This document shows, piece after piece, positions 10,298 to 19,830 of a DNA stretch of 64,000 bases. The DNA comes from Trueperaceae bacterium (GTDB taxonomy: Bacteria > Deinococcota > Deinococci > Deinococcales > Trueperaceae). The number at the start of each line of letters is the position of its first letter. The first letter of the stretch is position 1. Position numbers and translations under genes: made by a program. The DNA lies in contig JAXHNB010000006.1 in assembly GCA_034520945.1 (NCBI GenBank), positions 640,001 through 704,000 of the forward strand, written 5' to 3'. Below the pieces are notes generated by a model. It was not told the DNA's origin, searched no databases, and was given only the letters and a program-made list of their open reading frames with translations.

Positions 10298-11116
10298 TCA
10301 GTCCACTGCGCCCTTTACCAGGCCCGAGATGAATTGCCGCTGGAACGCCAGGTACACCACCACCAGCGGGGCCGCCACGATGGTGGCTCCGGCGGCCAGC
10401 AAGGGAATGTCGGTGGTGTAGCGTCCCTGGAAAAAGGCGATCCCCACCGGCAGTGTCCGTAGGGCGTCGTCGCTCACCATGACCAGCGGGATGAAGAACT
10501 CGTTCCAGTTCCATATGAACAAGAAGATGGTCAGCACCCCGAACGTGGGGCGGGCCAACGGCAGGAGGACGTGCCGAAACACGGTCATGCGCCCCGCGCC
10601 GTCCAGTACCGCCGCGTCGATCAGCGCGTCGGGGAGGCTCTTGAAGGTCGCCCAGAGAAGATAGGTGCCGAACGGTAGGGACAGCGCGATCAAGGGCAGG
10701 ATCATGGCGAGATAGGTGTTCAGCAGGCCGACCGATCGAAGGCCGTAGTACAGCGGGATGATCAGCCCCTCGTAGGGCACCACAAGGCCCAGCAGCAGCA
10801 CCGCGAACAGGGTGCGTCGGCCCGGTAGGGGCAGGAGTGCCAGGGCGTAGGCGCACATCGCGGCCAATGCGGGCGTGACGACCACGACCGGCACGATCAC
10901 GATCAGCGAGTTCAGGAAGTAGCGCCGAAGGTTGCCTTCCGTCCAGGCGCGCAGGTAGTTGCCCCACTGCGGGGCCTCGGGCAGTGTCAGCAGGCCCGCG
11001 CCCAACTCGTCCGGCGTCTTGAGGGACGTCAGAGCGATCAACAGGAACGGGATCAGGACGGCGGCGGTGAACAGGCTCAGGACGAGGTAGGCGAGGGTGC
11101 GATCAACGCGCATCAC
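10298..11116 (-). CDS. Carbohydrate ABC transporter permease (MalG-like)
   Basis: LIDAAVLDGA EAA loop, WNWNEF, RTLPVGI. Confidence 0.93.
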   Translation of the reverse strand: MMRVDRTLAYLVLSLFTAAVLIPFLLIALTSLKTPDELGAGLLTLPEAPQWGNYLRAWTEGNLRRYFLNSLIVIVPVVVVTPALAAMCAYALALLPLPGRRTLFAVLLLGLVVPYEGLIIPLYYGLRSVGLLNTYLAMILPLIALSLPFGTYLLWATFKSLPDALIDAAVLDGAGRMTVFRHVLLPLARPTFGVLTIFLFIWNWNEFFIPLVMVSDDALRTLPVGIAFFQGRYTTDIPLLAAGATIVAAPLVVVYLAFQRQFISGLVKGAVD

Positions 11117-12036
11117 GAACTGCTCCGCTGCAGCCGTCGCAGCATCACCGTGACGAGAATGACCAGGATGGTGAGCACCACCGCGATGGTCGAGGCGTAG
11201 CCGACCTCGCTGCGCTGGAACGCGCTGCGGTACAGGTACAGCGTGCCTACCAGGGTGCTATCGCCCGGCCCCCCGCGCGTGGTGACGAACACCAGGTCGA
11301 ACACCTTTAGGGCGGTGACCAGCGTGAAGAAGGCGACGACCACGATCTCCCTGCGTAGGCCGGGCAGGGTCACGTGCAGAAGTTGTCTGAGCGCACTTGC
11401 CCCGTCGACGCGGGCGGCGTCGTAGAGCGTGGGATCGATGCGTTGCATGCCAGCGAAGAACACCGCCATGCAGAAGCCGTAGAAGTACCAGGAGGCGATC
11501 AGGCCTACGCTGGGCAACGCCCAGTCGAAGTCGCCGAGCCACGGGCGCGTGAGGGCGCCGAGCCCGATGGCGGCGAGGAACGCGTTGATGGGTCCGTCGC
11601 CGGGGGCGTACATCCAGCGCCAGATGACGCCGATGAGCGCCATGGGAAGGATCTGCGGCAGGAACAGCAGCGCCCGGAACGTGCCGCGCCCGCGCAGCCA
11701 CGGTTGGTGCAGCACGGCCGCCAGCAGCAGCCCCAGCGTGATAGGGACCACCGTGTAGAACACGATGAACGCGGCGTTATTCGCCAACGCGCGCCAGAAC
11801 AAAGCGTCCCCGAGCAGGCGGCGATAGTTCGCTAGGCCGACCCAGCTCGCCTCCCCGAAGCCCGCCCAGTCGTGCAGGCTGTACCAGACCGACACGCCGG
11901 CGGGCAGCAGCACCAGCAACGCGTACACCGCGAAGCCGGGCAGGAAGATCGCCAGCCCGTGGTACCAACGATCGCCCGGCCGGGAGGGGATGTCCCCCTC
12001 CCGGCGGAGGTTGCGCGTGGGCGCCTCGTCAGTCAC
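11113..12036 (-). CDS. Carbohydrate ABC transporter permease (MalF-like)
   Basis: WVGLANY, LYDAARVDGA, TRGGPG; GTG start overlaps the SBP stop. Confidence 0.92.
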   Translation of the reverse strand: MTDEAPTRNLRREGDIPSRPGDRWYHGLAIFLPGFAVYALLVLLPAGVSVWYSLHDWAGFGEASWVGLANYRRLLGDALFWRALANNAAFIVFYTVVPITLGLLLAAVLHQPWLRGRGTFRALLFLPQILPMALIGVIWRWMYAPGDGPINAFLAAIGLGALTRPWLGDFDWALPSVGLIASWYFYGFCMAVFFAGMQRIDPTLYDAARVDGASALRQLLHVTLPGLRREIVVVAFFTLVTALKVFDLVFVTTRGGPGDSTLVGTLYLYRSAFQRSEVGYASTIAVVLTILVILVTVMLRRLQRSSS

Positions 12037-13306
12037 GCGAGGCGAGGTAGTCCTGGTAGTCCCGGTCCAGGTCCTCGACGAACTGCTGCGCGTCGATGCG
12101 GCCGGCCAACAGACGCTGCAGGCCGGCAGTGATCGTGTCGTAGAAGCTGGGGGTGGCCCAGTCGAGGTAGAAGCCGGTGGCGCCTGCCTCGTCGATACGG
12201 GTCCAGACGTCGTGAATGTCGGCCTGCAGGCTGCCGGGCTCCAGCATCGCTTCGTCGATCGGCAGGGCGGGCACGACGTCGGCCGCCATCCAGGCCTCGG
12301 CGGCACGCTCGGACATCATCCAGTCGATGTACGCGGCGGCCAGGTCGGGATGCGCGGTGGAGGCGGAGATGGAGAACGGGATGCCGGTTCCCACGATGTG
12401 GAGCGGCGTGGTGCCGGTGTTTTCCTCGAGGGGCGGCATGGCGAAGAAGCCGATGTCGGGGTTGTCGGCGAACAGGTCGGCCACCTCGCTGCCCGTGATC
12501 ATCATGGCGCCCTCTCCGCGCGCGAAGGCGGCCCAGGAATCGTCGTAGCTGAGGCCGGCGTAGCCGTCGCTGAGGTAGCCGCTCTCGACCCAGTCGCGCA
12601 CGATCTCGGCGGCGCGCAGGTTGCCGTCGGTGACCCAGCTTCCCCCGCGGCCGTAGATCAGGTCGCTGAGGTAGTCCAACTCGACGAACAGGTGCTGGAC
12701 GGCGCCGTAAAGGTGGATGGCGGGCCAACCGTCGCTGTTCCCGAAGGTGATCGGCGTGATGCCGGCCTCGTCCAACGCCTCGAGGTTGGCCTGAAACTCT
12801 TCGAACGTCTCGGGTACGTCAATGCCTGCCTCTTCGAAGTGCGCGCGGTTGTAGTACACGCCCACCACGAAGATCTCGGGCGAGACGCCGTACAGGTCGC
12901 CCCGGCCGAAGTCGCCGTCCTCGGTCCAGCGCTTACGTTCGAACAGCCGCTCGGAGTGTAGGTCCAACCAACCGTACTGCTCCGCGTACGCGTCCAGGGG
13001 CCGGATCAGGCCGCCCTGGACCATCTCGCCCATGTCGGGGGCGCCCTGGTTCACCATGGGCACGTCGGGACCTTCGCCGGAGCCGAGGGCCAGTTTGACG
13101 GTGACCTTGAGGTCGTCGAGGGGCCGGGAGGTCCGCTCGATGGTGACGCCCGGATTCCGTTCTTCGAACTCGGCGTTGAGCTGTTCGGCGACTTCGTTCT
13201 TCTTGCCTTGCGTCCACCAGTCCCACACTTCCAGCGTCTGTGCGTGGGCGAGGGAGAGGACCGCGAGGGCCGTGAGGGTCAGGATGGTATTGCGGAGTCG
13301 GTGCAT
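12029..13306 (-). CDS. Sugar ABC transporter substrate-binding protein
   Basis: Signal peptide MHRLRN..AHA-Q; EFEERNPGVTI, VYYNRAHFEEAGI, PETFEEF. Confidence 0.92.
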   Translation of the reverse strand: MHRLRNTILTLTALAVLSLAHAQTLEVWDWWTQGKKNEVAEQLNAEFEERNPGVTIERTSRPLDDLKVTVKLALGSGEGPDVPMVNQGAPDMGEMVQGGLIRPLDAYAEQYGWLDLHSERLFERKRWTEDGDFGRGDLYGVSPEIFVVGVYYNRAHFEEAGIDVPETFEEFQANLEALDEAGITPITFGNSDGWPAIHLYGAVQHLFVELDYLSDLIYGRGGSWVTDGNLRAAEIVRDWVESGYLSDGYAGLSYDDSWAAFARGEGAMMITGSEVADLFADNPDIGFFAMPPLEENTGTTPLHIVGTGIPFSISASTAHPDLAAAYIDWMMSERAAEAWMAADVVPALPIDEAMLEPGSLQADIHDVWTRIDEAGATGFYLDWATPSFYDTITAGLQRLLAGRIDAQQFVEDLDRDYQDYLASRD

Positions 13307-13373
13307 GGGGCTCCTTCCGGGGAGCGGCGTGCCCGCGAGGGGCGTGCCATTGGGCGTGGGTCTGGTGCGGGCG

Positions 13374-14348
13374 TTACCCGCAGGGTGCATGGGGATCTCC
13401 CTCCTGCGCAGGAGCGTGGAGGCTCAGCGAGGGCCCATCCTGCGTGTGGGCGAGCGTGCCGAGCGCGGCGCCCAGGACGCCCGCGTCGGTGCCCGTCGCG
13501 GCCGGGAGGACGGGCACGTCTCGGCTTCCGGGGGTCCAGATGCCTTGCCGGGTGGCACGTACCAGTCGATTCCAGTAGCGTCCGCCCGAGGTGCCCAGCC
13601 CACCGCCGACGATCAGTACGGCGGGATCGAGGACGTCGACCAACCACGCGAGGGCGTCGCCCAGCGCGTCGGCGGCTTCGTCGAGGACGGCCTGGGCGTG
13701 TACGTCGCCGTTGGCCGCGAGGTGGGCGACGTCGCGTCCGTGCGTGGTGTCCTGGCCGCTGGCGAGGCGGTACCGGCGCACGAGGGCCGGGCCGGAGGCG
13801 CGCGCCTCCAGCGAGCGGCTGGCGTCGCGCCGCACGCCGGTGCCCAGGACGCCGGCGCGTCCATGCGCTCCTGGGTACGGCGTGCCGTTCAGGACCAGGC
13901 AGCTGGAGATGCCCGTCCCAATGCTGACGTACACGAAGTCGTCATGCCCGCGTCCTGCACCGAAGATCGCTTCGGCCCGGGCGGCGGCGCGCACGTCCGC
14001 GTCGACGAAGGTGGGGGCGACCTCCGCCAGGCGCGCCCGTACGGGCAGGCCGGCCCAGCGAACGGTGTGCCCGGTGATGACGTGGCCTCGGAGGTCGACG
14101 AGCTCCGCGACGCCCACCCCGATGCCGCGGAACGGCCGGTCCGGCGGCCGCGGCAACGACAGCAGGTGGCGGGCCAACGCGAGGGTGTCGTCCAGCACCT
14201 CGCGTCCTTGGCGCTCCGGCCGCGTGGGTTCCTCGCGTCGCGCCCGCAACGCGCCTGTGGCCAGGTCAACCAGCGCGGCGGCGGTCTTGGTGCCGCCCAC
14301 GTCGATGCCGATGGCGAGGCCTGCGTCGTGGGGCACGGAGGACGTCAT
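13374..14348 (-). CDS. ROK family sugar kinase
   Basis: IGIDVGGTK, DADVRAAARAE, YVSIGTGI, LEARASG; no HTH. Confidence 0.9.
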   Translation of the reverse strand: MTSSVPHDAGLAIGIDVGGTKTAAALVDLATGALRARREEPTRPERQGREVLDDTLALARHLLSLPRPPDRPFRGIGVGVAELVDLRGHVITGHTVRWAGLPVRARLAEVAPTFVDADVRAAARAEAIFGAGRGHDDFVYVSIGTGISSCLVLNGTPYPGAHGRAGVLGTGVRRDASRSLEARASGPALVRRYRLASGQDTTHGRDVAHLAANGDVHAQAVLDEAADALGDALAWLVDVLDPAVLIVGGGLGTSGGRYWNRLVRATRQGIWTPGSRDVPVLPAATGTDAGVLGAALGTLAHTQDGPSLSLHAPAQEGDPHAPCG

Positions 14349-14355
14349 GCTCGTT

Positions 14356-15222
14356 TCAGGCGTCCTCGGGCGGGGCGTAGCGTGGCCCGACGCCGAACAG
14401 GACCTCGACCGGCGTTCCGGTCATGTTGTAGATCGCGTGGGGCTCGCCGTGCGGGACGAAGAAGCCGTCCCGTGGCGCCAGCTCGAACCACTTGGGCACG
14501 TCGGGCTTGCCTGGGGCGTGAATCTGAGGATCGCCCTCGAGGACGTACATGCACTTGTCCCCGGCGTGGCGCATGGCGTCGGTGTGCTGGCCCGGCAGGA
14601 GGCGGACCTTGCCGGCGGTGAGGTGTTCCGTCGCCGCCAACAGGCCTACGAGTACGCGATGCTCGCTACCTTCGAGCCGCCACATCATGTCGTCCTCGCG
14701 GAGGTGCCGGATGGTGTGCCCGGCACGGCGGGCCGCGTCCTCCATCGGGAAGCGCGTCATCCATTCGTCCTGGCCGTAACGGACCTCGGGAAGGTTCTCC
14801 TGCTGGCGCGCGTAGCTGCCCGACGTCCCCTGGGATGGCGGGGGCGAGAAGTACTCCAGGACCCGCAGCCGCTCGTTGCTGAGGTTGTGGACGTGGTGCC
14901 AGGTGTCGCGACGGAAGAACGCTGCCTGTCCGGGACGGACGCGGTGCACCTCGCCGGTTTGCGGGTTGGCGATCACCATCTCGCCACTGAGGACGTAGAG
15001 CACCTCGTCGGCGGCAAAGATGGTGCGAAACGAATCGGAGTGCGTGAACGATCCCATCGGCGGCACGCCGAACAGCAACTGGTGGATTTCCTGGGTGGAG
15101 GCGTAGATCCAGTCGGAGACCTGGCCGGCTTCAGGATCGCCCCACAGGTGACGGGTGACGTCGCGGTAGGGGATGTGGGTGGGCGCATCGAAGGTCGGGC
15201 GGGGGGAGGGGGCGTAGCTCAT
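14356..15222 (-). CDS. Bicupin protein of unknown specificity
   Basis: Two cupin units: DEVLYVLSGE...DTWHHVHN and HAGDKCMYVLEG...GEPHAIYN. Confidence 0.8.
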   Translation of the reverse strand: MSYAPSPRPTFDAPTHIPYRDVTRHLWGDPEAGQVSDWIYASTQEIHQLLFGVPPMGSFTHSDSFRTIFAADEVLYVLSGEMVIANPQTGEVHRVRPGQAAFFRRDTWHHVHNLSNERLRVLEYFSPPPSQGTSGSYARQQENLPEVRYGQDEWMTRFPMEDAARRAGHTIRHLREDDMMWRLEGSEHRVLVGLLAATEHLTAGKVRLLPGQHTDAMRHAGDKCMYVLEGDPQIHAPGKPDVPKWFELAPRDGFFVPHGEPHAIYNMTGTPVEVLFGVGPRYAPPEDA

Positions 15223-15308
15223 ACGGGGGCTCCTCGGGGGTGGGTGCGCAGTGGGGGTACGCGGTGCGTCAGGGCGAACTTGGCGTCAGGGGGTCGGGCG
15301 CGGCGGAC

Positions 15309-16115
15309 TCAGGACGGCGCGTCCCGGCGGGCTTGTGACAGGACGACGGCGATGCCCGGCGCTGCTGCCTCGGCTTCGCTTCGCGCGTGGCGGTCGCTGG
15401 CCACGGCGAGCTTGAAGCGGTCACCGCGGTAGCGCACCTCGAAATACTCGGTTGGGAGGTCGTCTTCGCTGTAGCTGATCCCTTCGACCGCCAGCAGTCC
15501 CGTCCCTTCCGGGACGTCGAAAGCGTCGGCCTCCTCGACGCTCGCGGTGGTGGCGGCGATCGTCTGCTCCGCGCGTTGCAGGGGTAGGCCGTAGCGTTCC
15601 TCCAGTAGCCGGTAGAGCGACTGGTGTGCCAGGTCCTGATTCTCGAGCCCCCGGCAGAGCCGGTGCGGCAGCCAACTGCTCTCCAGCGCGACGGGCTCCC
15701 CGTTGACCCGGCGGAGGCGCGCGACCCGCACCACCGTTTCGTCGGGACGCAGCGCCAGCGCGGTCGCAACGTGGGGCGGGGAGGTCGCGGTGTCTTGCCG
15801 TAGCACGTCCGAGCTGACCGTGCCGTCCTGCTGAAGCATCGTTTCGGTGAAGCCCATGAGGTTGACCGCGTCGAAGGTCAGTTTGGGTTCGGCCACGAAG
15901 GTGCCTGCGCCCTGCCGGACCGTCAGCGTGCCGTCCTGCACCAGTCGGGCCAGGGCCTGACGGAGCGTCATGCGGCTGATCCCGAATTCCTCGGCCAGTT
16001 CGCGCTCGGAGGGTAGCCGCGCGCCGGGCGCCCAGGCGCCGGTCCGGATGCGACGCCGGATCTCACGGACGACCTGGTGGTAGAGGGGGACGGGGCTGGA
16101 CTTGCGTAGGGTCAT
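15309..16115 (-). CDS. GntR family regulator (HutC/UTRA subfamily)
   Basis: PLYHQV..LPSERELAEEFGISRMTLRQAL..GAGTFV; UTRA-type SLYRLLEERYG. Confidence 0.93.
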   Translation of the reverse strand: MTLRKSSPVPLYHQVVREIRRRIRTGAWAPGARLPSERELAEEFGISRMTLRQALARLVQDGTLTVRQGAGTFVAEPKLTFDAVNLMGFTETMLQQDGTVSSDVLRQDTATSPPHVATALALRPDETVVRVARLRRVNGEPVALESSWLPHRLCRGLENQDLAHQSLYRLLEERYGLPLQRAEQTIAATTASVEEADAFDVPEGTGLLAVEGISYSEDDLPTEYFEVRYRGDRFKLAVASDRHARSEAEAAAPGIAVVLSQARRDAPS

Positions 16116-16196
16116 GCGGCCCCTTTCGGCGGGCGTGCGGGCTGGGATGCGCGGCGTGTTCGCGCCACGGGGTCCTCGAGGCACTTGGGAGCTCTG

Positions 16197-16243
16197 GAGG
16201 TCTAGACCTCTAGAACCGTACCCTGGACTGCTGCGCAGCGCAA
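16197..16243 (-). promoter_or_regulatory. HutC/NagR-type operator and promoter of the gntR sugar operon
   Basis: Perfect palindrome GAGGTCTAGACCTC (16197-16210) just downstream of minus-strand TTGCGC-17-TACGGT. Confidence 0.8.
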
Positions 16244-16501
16244 GTCCCTCGATGCAATCGTGGTCTGTGACGCATGGGGTCAACGCGCGTGGGGGACGCC
16301 CAGACGCCCTCGAACGATCCTGCGTGCCGGCGCGCCGCGGCCAAGCACCGGCAAGGCGCATGGCGCGGCGCGACCCGCCGGGGAGGACGCCGCGGCCAAG
16401 GCGTAGCATGGCCGTATGGTTTTGATCGCACGACCGGAAGGAGCGCTTCGAGCAAGGGTTGCACCGCGCCCGACGTCCGCGGGGCCGACCGGTGGGCGGC
16501 C

Positions 16502-17380
16502 GTGAGCCGCACGGTCCTCGTCCAGGTGGTGGGCCCACCCGGCGCAGGCAAGACCACGCTGATCGAGCGGTTGGTGCGTTCGACGCGAAACGAGATGCTC
16601 GCGGCCGTGCGCGTGGTGGAGGAGGAAGGCGGCGACACCGTGGCGCGCGACGAGGATGGCGCGGAGGTGGCGTCGTGGCGGGCGGCCGGCGCGCTCCTCC
16701 CCGAGCGGGTGCGGCTGCCGGCGGGTCATTTCGGCGGTGTGCACGCAGCGCTCCAGGCGTGCGGCGCCGGACCCTCCGTGGCCGACGTGGTGCTCATCGA
16801 AGGGGGACCCGTCACGTCCCGTGCGGTGGATGTCGTGGTGTTCGTGACCCGTGCGTTGCAGTCGGAGGCGTCGCTCACGGTGGACGAAGGCCGCGAAATC
16901 GGCCGCATGGACGGCGGGGAGGCGCTGAGCCTGATGTTGGGGCTCACCCCGCCCAGCGAAGACGAGGACGAAGAGGCGGGGATGCCCGGCGAGGGTGACG
17001 CGGTCGATGACGACGACGTCGAGGTCGTGGAAACCTACGAGATCCCCGAACCCGCCGCGCAACGCATACGCGAGCTGCTGGAGCACGGCCATCCGATCGT
17101 GCAGCGCGGCCGCTGGCTCAGGGCGGGCTACGAGCCGCTGGTCCACGCGCAGGTCATCGTCGTAGGGCGTGGCGCGGACGGGGATCGCGTTCTGGGCGAA
17201 CGCACCAAGGGCATGATCGAAGCGGCGCTCGAGGACGAGGAGTTGCGGCGCACCTATCCCGAGCTGGGATCCGTGCACCGACGCACGATCCTCGCGGCCG
17301 ACCTGGCGGAGGCGGGCAATGCGGAAGCGCGCAAGGCGGTCGAGGCCATCAAACGCCGTTGGCGGCGGGCGGCGTGGTGA
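16502..17380 (+). CDS. Hypothetical P-loop NTPase
   Basis: VQVVGPPGAGKTT Walker A, DVVLIEG Walker-B-like, acidic insert. Confidence 0.65.
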   Translation: MSRTVLVQVVGPPGAGKTTLIERLVRSTRNEMLAAVRVVEEEGGDTVARDEDGAEVASWRAAGALLPERVRLPAGHFGGVHAALQACGAGPSVADVVLIEGGPVTSRAVDVVVFVTRALQSEASLTVDEGREIGRMDGGEALSLMLGLTPPSEDEDEEAGMPGEGDAVDDDDVEVVETYEIPEPAAQRIRELLEHGHPIVQRGRWLRAGYEPLVHAQVIVVGRGADGDRVLGERTKGMIEAALEDEELRRTYPELGSVHRRTILAADLAEAGNAEARKAVEAIKRRWRRAAW

Positions 17381-17438
17381 TGGCGTTCGGGGCGCCGGCA
17401 CGATGTTCCCTGTCCAACGTGGAGGGGTCGGTTCGTAC

Positions 17439-17633
17439 CTACCCCTCGTCGTCCTCCCAACCGAGCATCACCTGGTAGGTGCGGCGGCCGTACAGGTAGG
17501 TGCCGACCGTTCGCTCGAGGTCGTTCACGAAGGCGTGAACCTCCTCGCTGGGCACCGCCCAATCGAAGGCCCCGTTCGCGTCGGCGACGTAGCCGTCGAG
17601 CGACATCAGGGTGGTGTAGATCAGTCGGGCCAT
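17439..17633 (-). pseudogene. Truncated dihydrofolate reductase/RibD-C family gene
   Basis: MSLDGYVAD..FDWAVPSEEVHAFVND..YLYGRRTY, stops after 64 aa. Confidence 0.8.
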
Positions 17634-17714
17634 CGTTGGTTCCTCGGGCGGGCTCGGGCGCCGAGTGCGCCGGGTGCGGCGTTCCAGCGGATGCTCGTGA
17701 TGTAGGATTCCATC

Positions 17715-17969
17715 GTGGCACATCGGACGCAGTTCACGCTCACCGACGACCAGTACCGGCGTCTTCGAGAGGAGGCGACGAGGACGGGCCTCAGCATGGC
17801 CGAGTTGGTGAGGCTCGCCGTCGAGCGCACCTACGGCGCTCGCAGCGTAGAGCAACGCTCGCGTGCGCTGGAACGTTCGTTCCATGGGTGGGCCGAGCAT
17901 TCGGAAGGCGGGCGGGCATACGTGGATGGCTTGCGTAGAGGGATGGCGCATCGCCTGGATCGCGAGTAG
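17715..17969 (+). CDS. vapB: CopG/RHH antitoxin (VapB-like)
   Basis: HRTQFTLTDDQYRRLREEA..GLSMAELVRLAVE, upstream of a PIN gene. Confidence 0.82.
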   Translation: MAHRTQFTLTDDQYRRLREEATRTGLSMAELVRLAVERTYGARSVEQRSRALERSFHGWAEHSEGGRAYVDGLRRGMAHRLDRE

Positions 17970-17979
17970 CGCACCGCAG

Positions 17980-18360
17980 GTGGCGGTTCTCGTCGATACC
18001 TCCGTGATGGTCGATCATCTTCGTGGCGTCGACGAGGCGCGACGCGCGCTTCAGAGCGCATCTCACGAAGGAGAGCGGTTGGTGGCCACGGTAATGTGCA
18101 AGGTCGAGGTCCTGGCTGGCATGCGTCTCCATGAGGAGACCGCGACGCGTGCACTGTTGAGCGTATTCGATTGGCTTCCCGTGAGCGAAGCCGTGGCGGA
18201 ACACGCGGGGATGCTCGCGAACCGGTACCTGCGCTCGCACCCGGGCGTCGATCCCGTCGACTACGTGGTGGCAGCGACGGCCGAACGAGCCGGGGCCGAG
18301 CTTTGGACGCTGAACGTCAAGCACTTTCCGATGTTCCCGGGGTTGCGGCCTCCCTACTGA
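17980..18360 (+). CDS. vapC: VapC PIN-domain toxin
   Basis: [36 protein letters not shown]. Confidence 0.9.
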   Translation: MAVLVDTSVMVDHLRGVDEARRALQSASHEGERLVATVMCKVEVLAGMRLHEETATRALLSVFDWLPVSEAVAEHAGMLANRYLRSHPGVDPVDYVVAATAERAGAELWTLNVKHFPMFPGLRPPY

Positions 18361-18410
18361 CGGGCGATCCGGGATCGCTTGCGCGGCCGTTCGAGACGGT
18401 CGCGTGCAAG

Positions 18411-18569
18411 ATTGACCTGCGGTTCACGGCGGTCATCACCATGGAGGCCCAAGGGGACGGCACGCGCTACGTCGCTATCGCCAAGCACCGGGACGAGGCT
18501 GGCCGCAGCCAGCACGAGGAGATCGGCTTCGAGCAGGGATGGGGCACCGCGCTGGACCAACGGGTGGAC
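18411..18569 (+). pseudogene. C-terminal remnant of an SRPBCC/AHSA1 family gene
   Basis: [41 protein letters not shown] with no start. Confidence 0.7.
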
Positions 18570-18673
18570 TTTGATGAAGGCGTCGTAGGGGGGAGGTGCG
18601 CCCCACGCCTGGGCCGGGCGCCAGGTCGCGGGGCGCGTAGGACCGGGGCGCTCAGCCTCGCCGACGCGCTCCT

Positions 18674-18687
18674 TTGACCTGCGTCAT
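18674..18687. promoter_or_regulatory. Crp/Fnr-type box
   Basis: TTGAC-CTGC-GTCAT centred 42.5 bp before the ATG at 18723. Confidence 0.75.
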
Positions 18688-18722
18688 GGGTCGGCGCGGC
18701 GTGAGCCGGCAGACTGGGTGTC

Positions 18723-18941
18723 ATGACAGCGAACGCGTCCATCCCTTTCGAGTCCATCACCTCCGAAACCACGCTCAACGACGTCATCGCCGCCCAGCCT
18801 GAAGCGACCACCGTATTCGCCGCGCGCGACCTCGACACCTGCTGCGGTGGGGGCGCGACCCTCGCCGAGGCCTGCGCCGACGCCGGCGTGTCGCTCGACG
18901 ACTTGATGGCCGACCTCGGGCGCCTGTGGGACCGAACGTGA
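18723..18941 (+). CDS. Stand-alone ScdA_N/DUF542 domain protein
   Basis: VFAARDLDTCCGGGATLAEAC (DxCCGG motif of Ric/ScdA N-domains). Confidence 0.85.
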   Translation: MTANASIPFESITSETTLNDVIAAQPEATTVFAARDLDTCCGGGATLAEACADAGVSLDDLMADLGRLWDRT

Positions 18942-19279
18942 GCGTGCCGCCCGAAGGCGAGGCCGACACCGCGCTCGCCCACCACGACCTGCCCGCGCTC
19001 GCCCGGTACGGGGCGACGCGCGACGCCCAGATCCTCGTGGACGCGCCGGAGGTACGCATGGTGCTGTTCAGCCTCCAGGACGGGCAACGCGTCCGCGGGC
19101 GGGGCGAACCGCGGGTGCACATGATCTGCATCGAGGGCGAGGGCGAGCTTTGGGCGGGCGAACGCAGCGTGCCTGCGCGCGCGGGAAGCATGATCGGCTG
19201 CGGGGCCGGCGAGGCGCACGGCGCGCAGGCGGGCGACGGACGCTTCCTGGTGCTGGGCGTAATCACGCCGCGGCCCTGA
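18938..19279 (+). CDS. Cupin domain protein
   Basis: RMVLFSLQDGQRV..CIEGEG..GEAHGAQA; GTGA overlap. Confidence 0.8.
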   Translation: MSVPPEGEADTALAHHDLPALARYGATRDAQILVDAPEVRMVLFSLQDGQRVRGRGEPRVHMICIEGEGELWAGERSVPARAGSMIGCGAGEAHGAQAGDGRFLVLGVITPRP

Positions 19280-19289
19280 ACGCGCGATC

Positions 19290-19703
19290 ATGATCGCAGC
19301 CACCCGTATTGCGCTCAGCGCGGGCGTCCTCTACTTCCTGATCTCCAACACGCTGGGCCTCCTGCTCGGCACCGGCACCGTGTCCCCCTCGTGGCGGCCG
19401 GCGCACGCCCACCTGAACCTGCTGGGGTTCGTGGCGATGATGATCTACGGCGTGGCGTACCACGCGCTGCCACGATTTCGGGGCGTGCCGATGCGCCGCC
19501 CGCACCTGGCGCTGGGCCAGGTGGTGCTGGCCAACGTCGGCCTGATCGGCATGGCCCTCACCTGGGGGCTGCGATGGGACGCCGCAGCCTTTGCGCTGTG
19601 GGGCGGCCTGTCCTGGTTGGCCAGCGTGCTGTTCGTGGCCCTCATGATGGAGGTGCTGTGGCGTCCACGGCCGGCCATCCCGTCGGGCGGGCGCCTACGC
19701 TGA
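19290..19703 (+). CDS. Small membrane protein with a heme-copper-oxidase-subunit-I-like His motif
   Basis: RPAHAHLNLLGFVAMMIYGVAYHALPRF, about 4 TM. Confidence 0.75.
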   Translation: MIAATRIALSAGVLYFLISNTLGLLLGTGTVSPSWRPAHAHLNLLGFVAMMIYGVAYHALPRFRGVPMRRPHLALGQVVLANVGLIGMALTWGLRWDAAAFALWGGLSWLASVLFVALMMEVLWRPRPAIPSGGRLR

Positions 19704-19737
19704 GTCGCTGGCCGTAGGTTTCGCGCCTCTTTCTCGG

Positions 19738-19770
19738 GCGCTGGGCCGGCCCAATGGGCCGGCCCAGCGC
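19738..19770. terminator. Hairpin between convergent genes
   Basis: GCGCTGGGCCGGCCCA-A-TGGGCCGGCCCAGCGC perfect inverted repeat. Confidence 0.7.
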
Positions 19771-19830
19771 GTCGCGTCGTATCGCGGGTGGCGCAGTGTC
19801 CACGGGCCTACTCCGTTCGTGGGTCACGGG

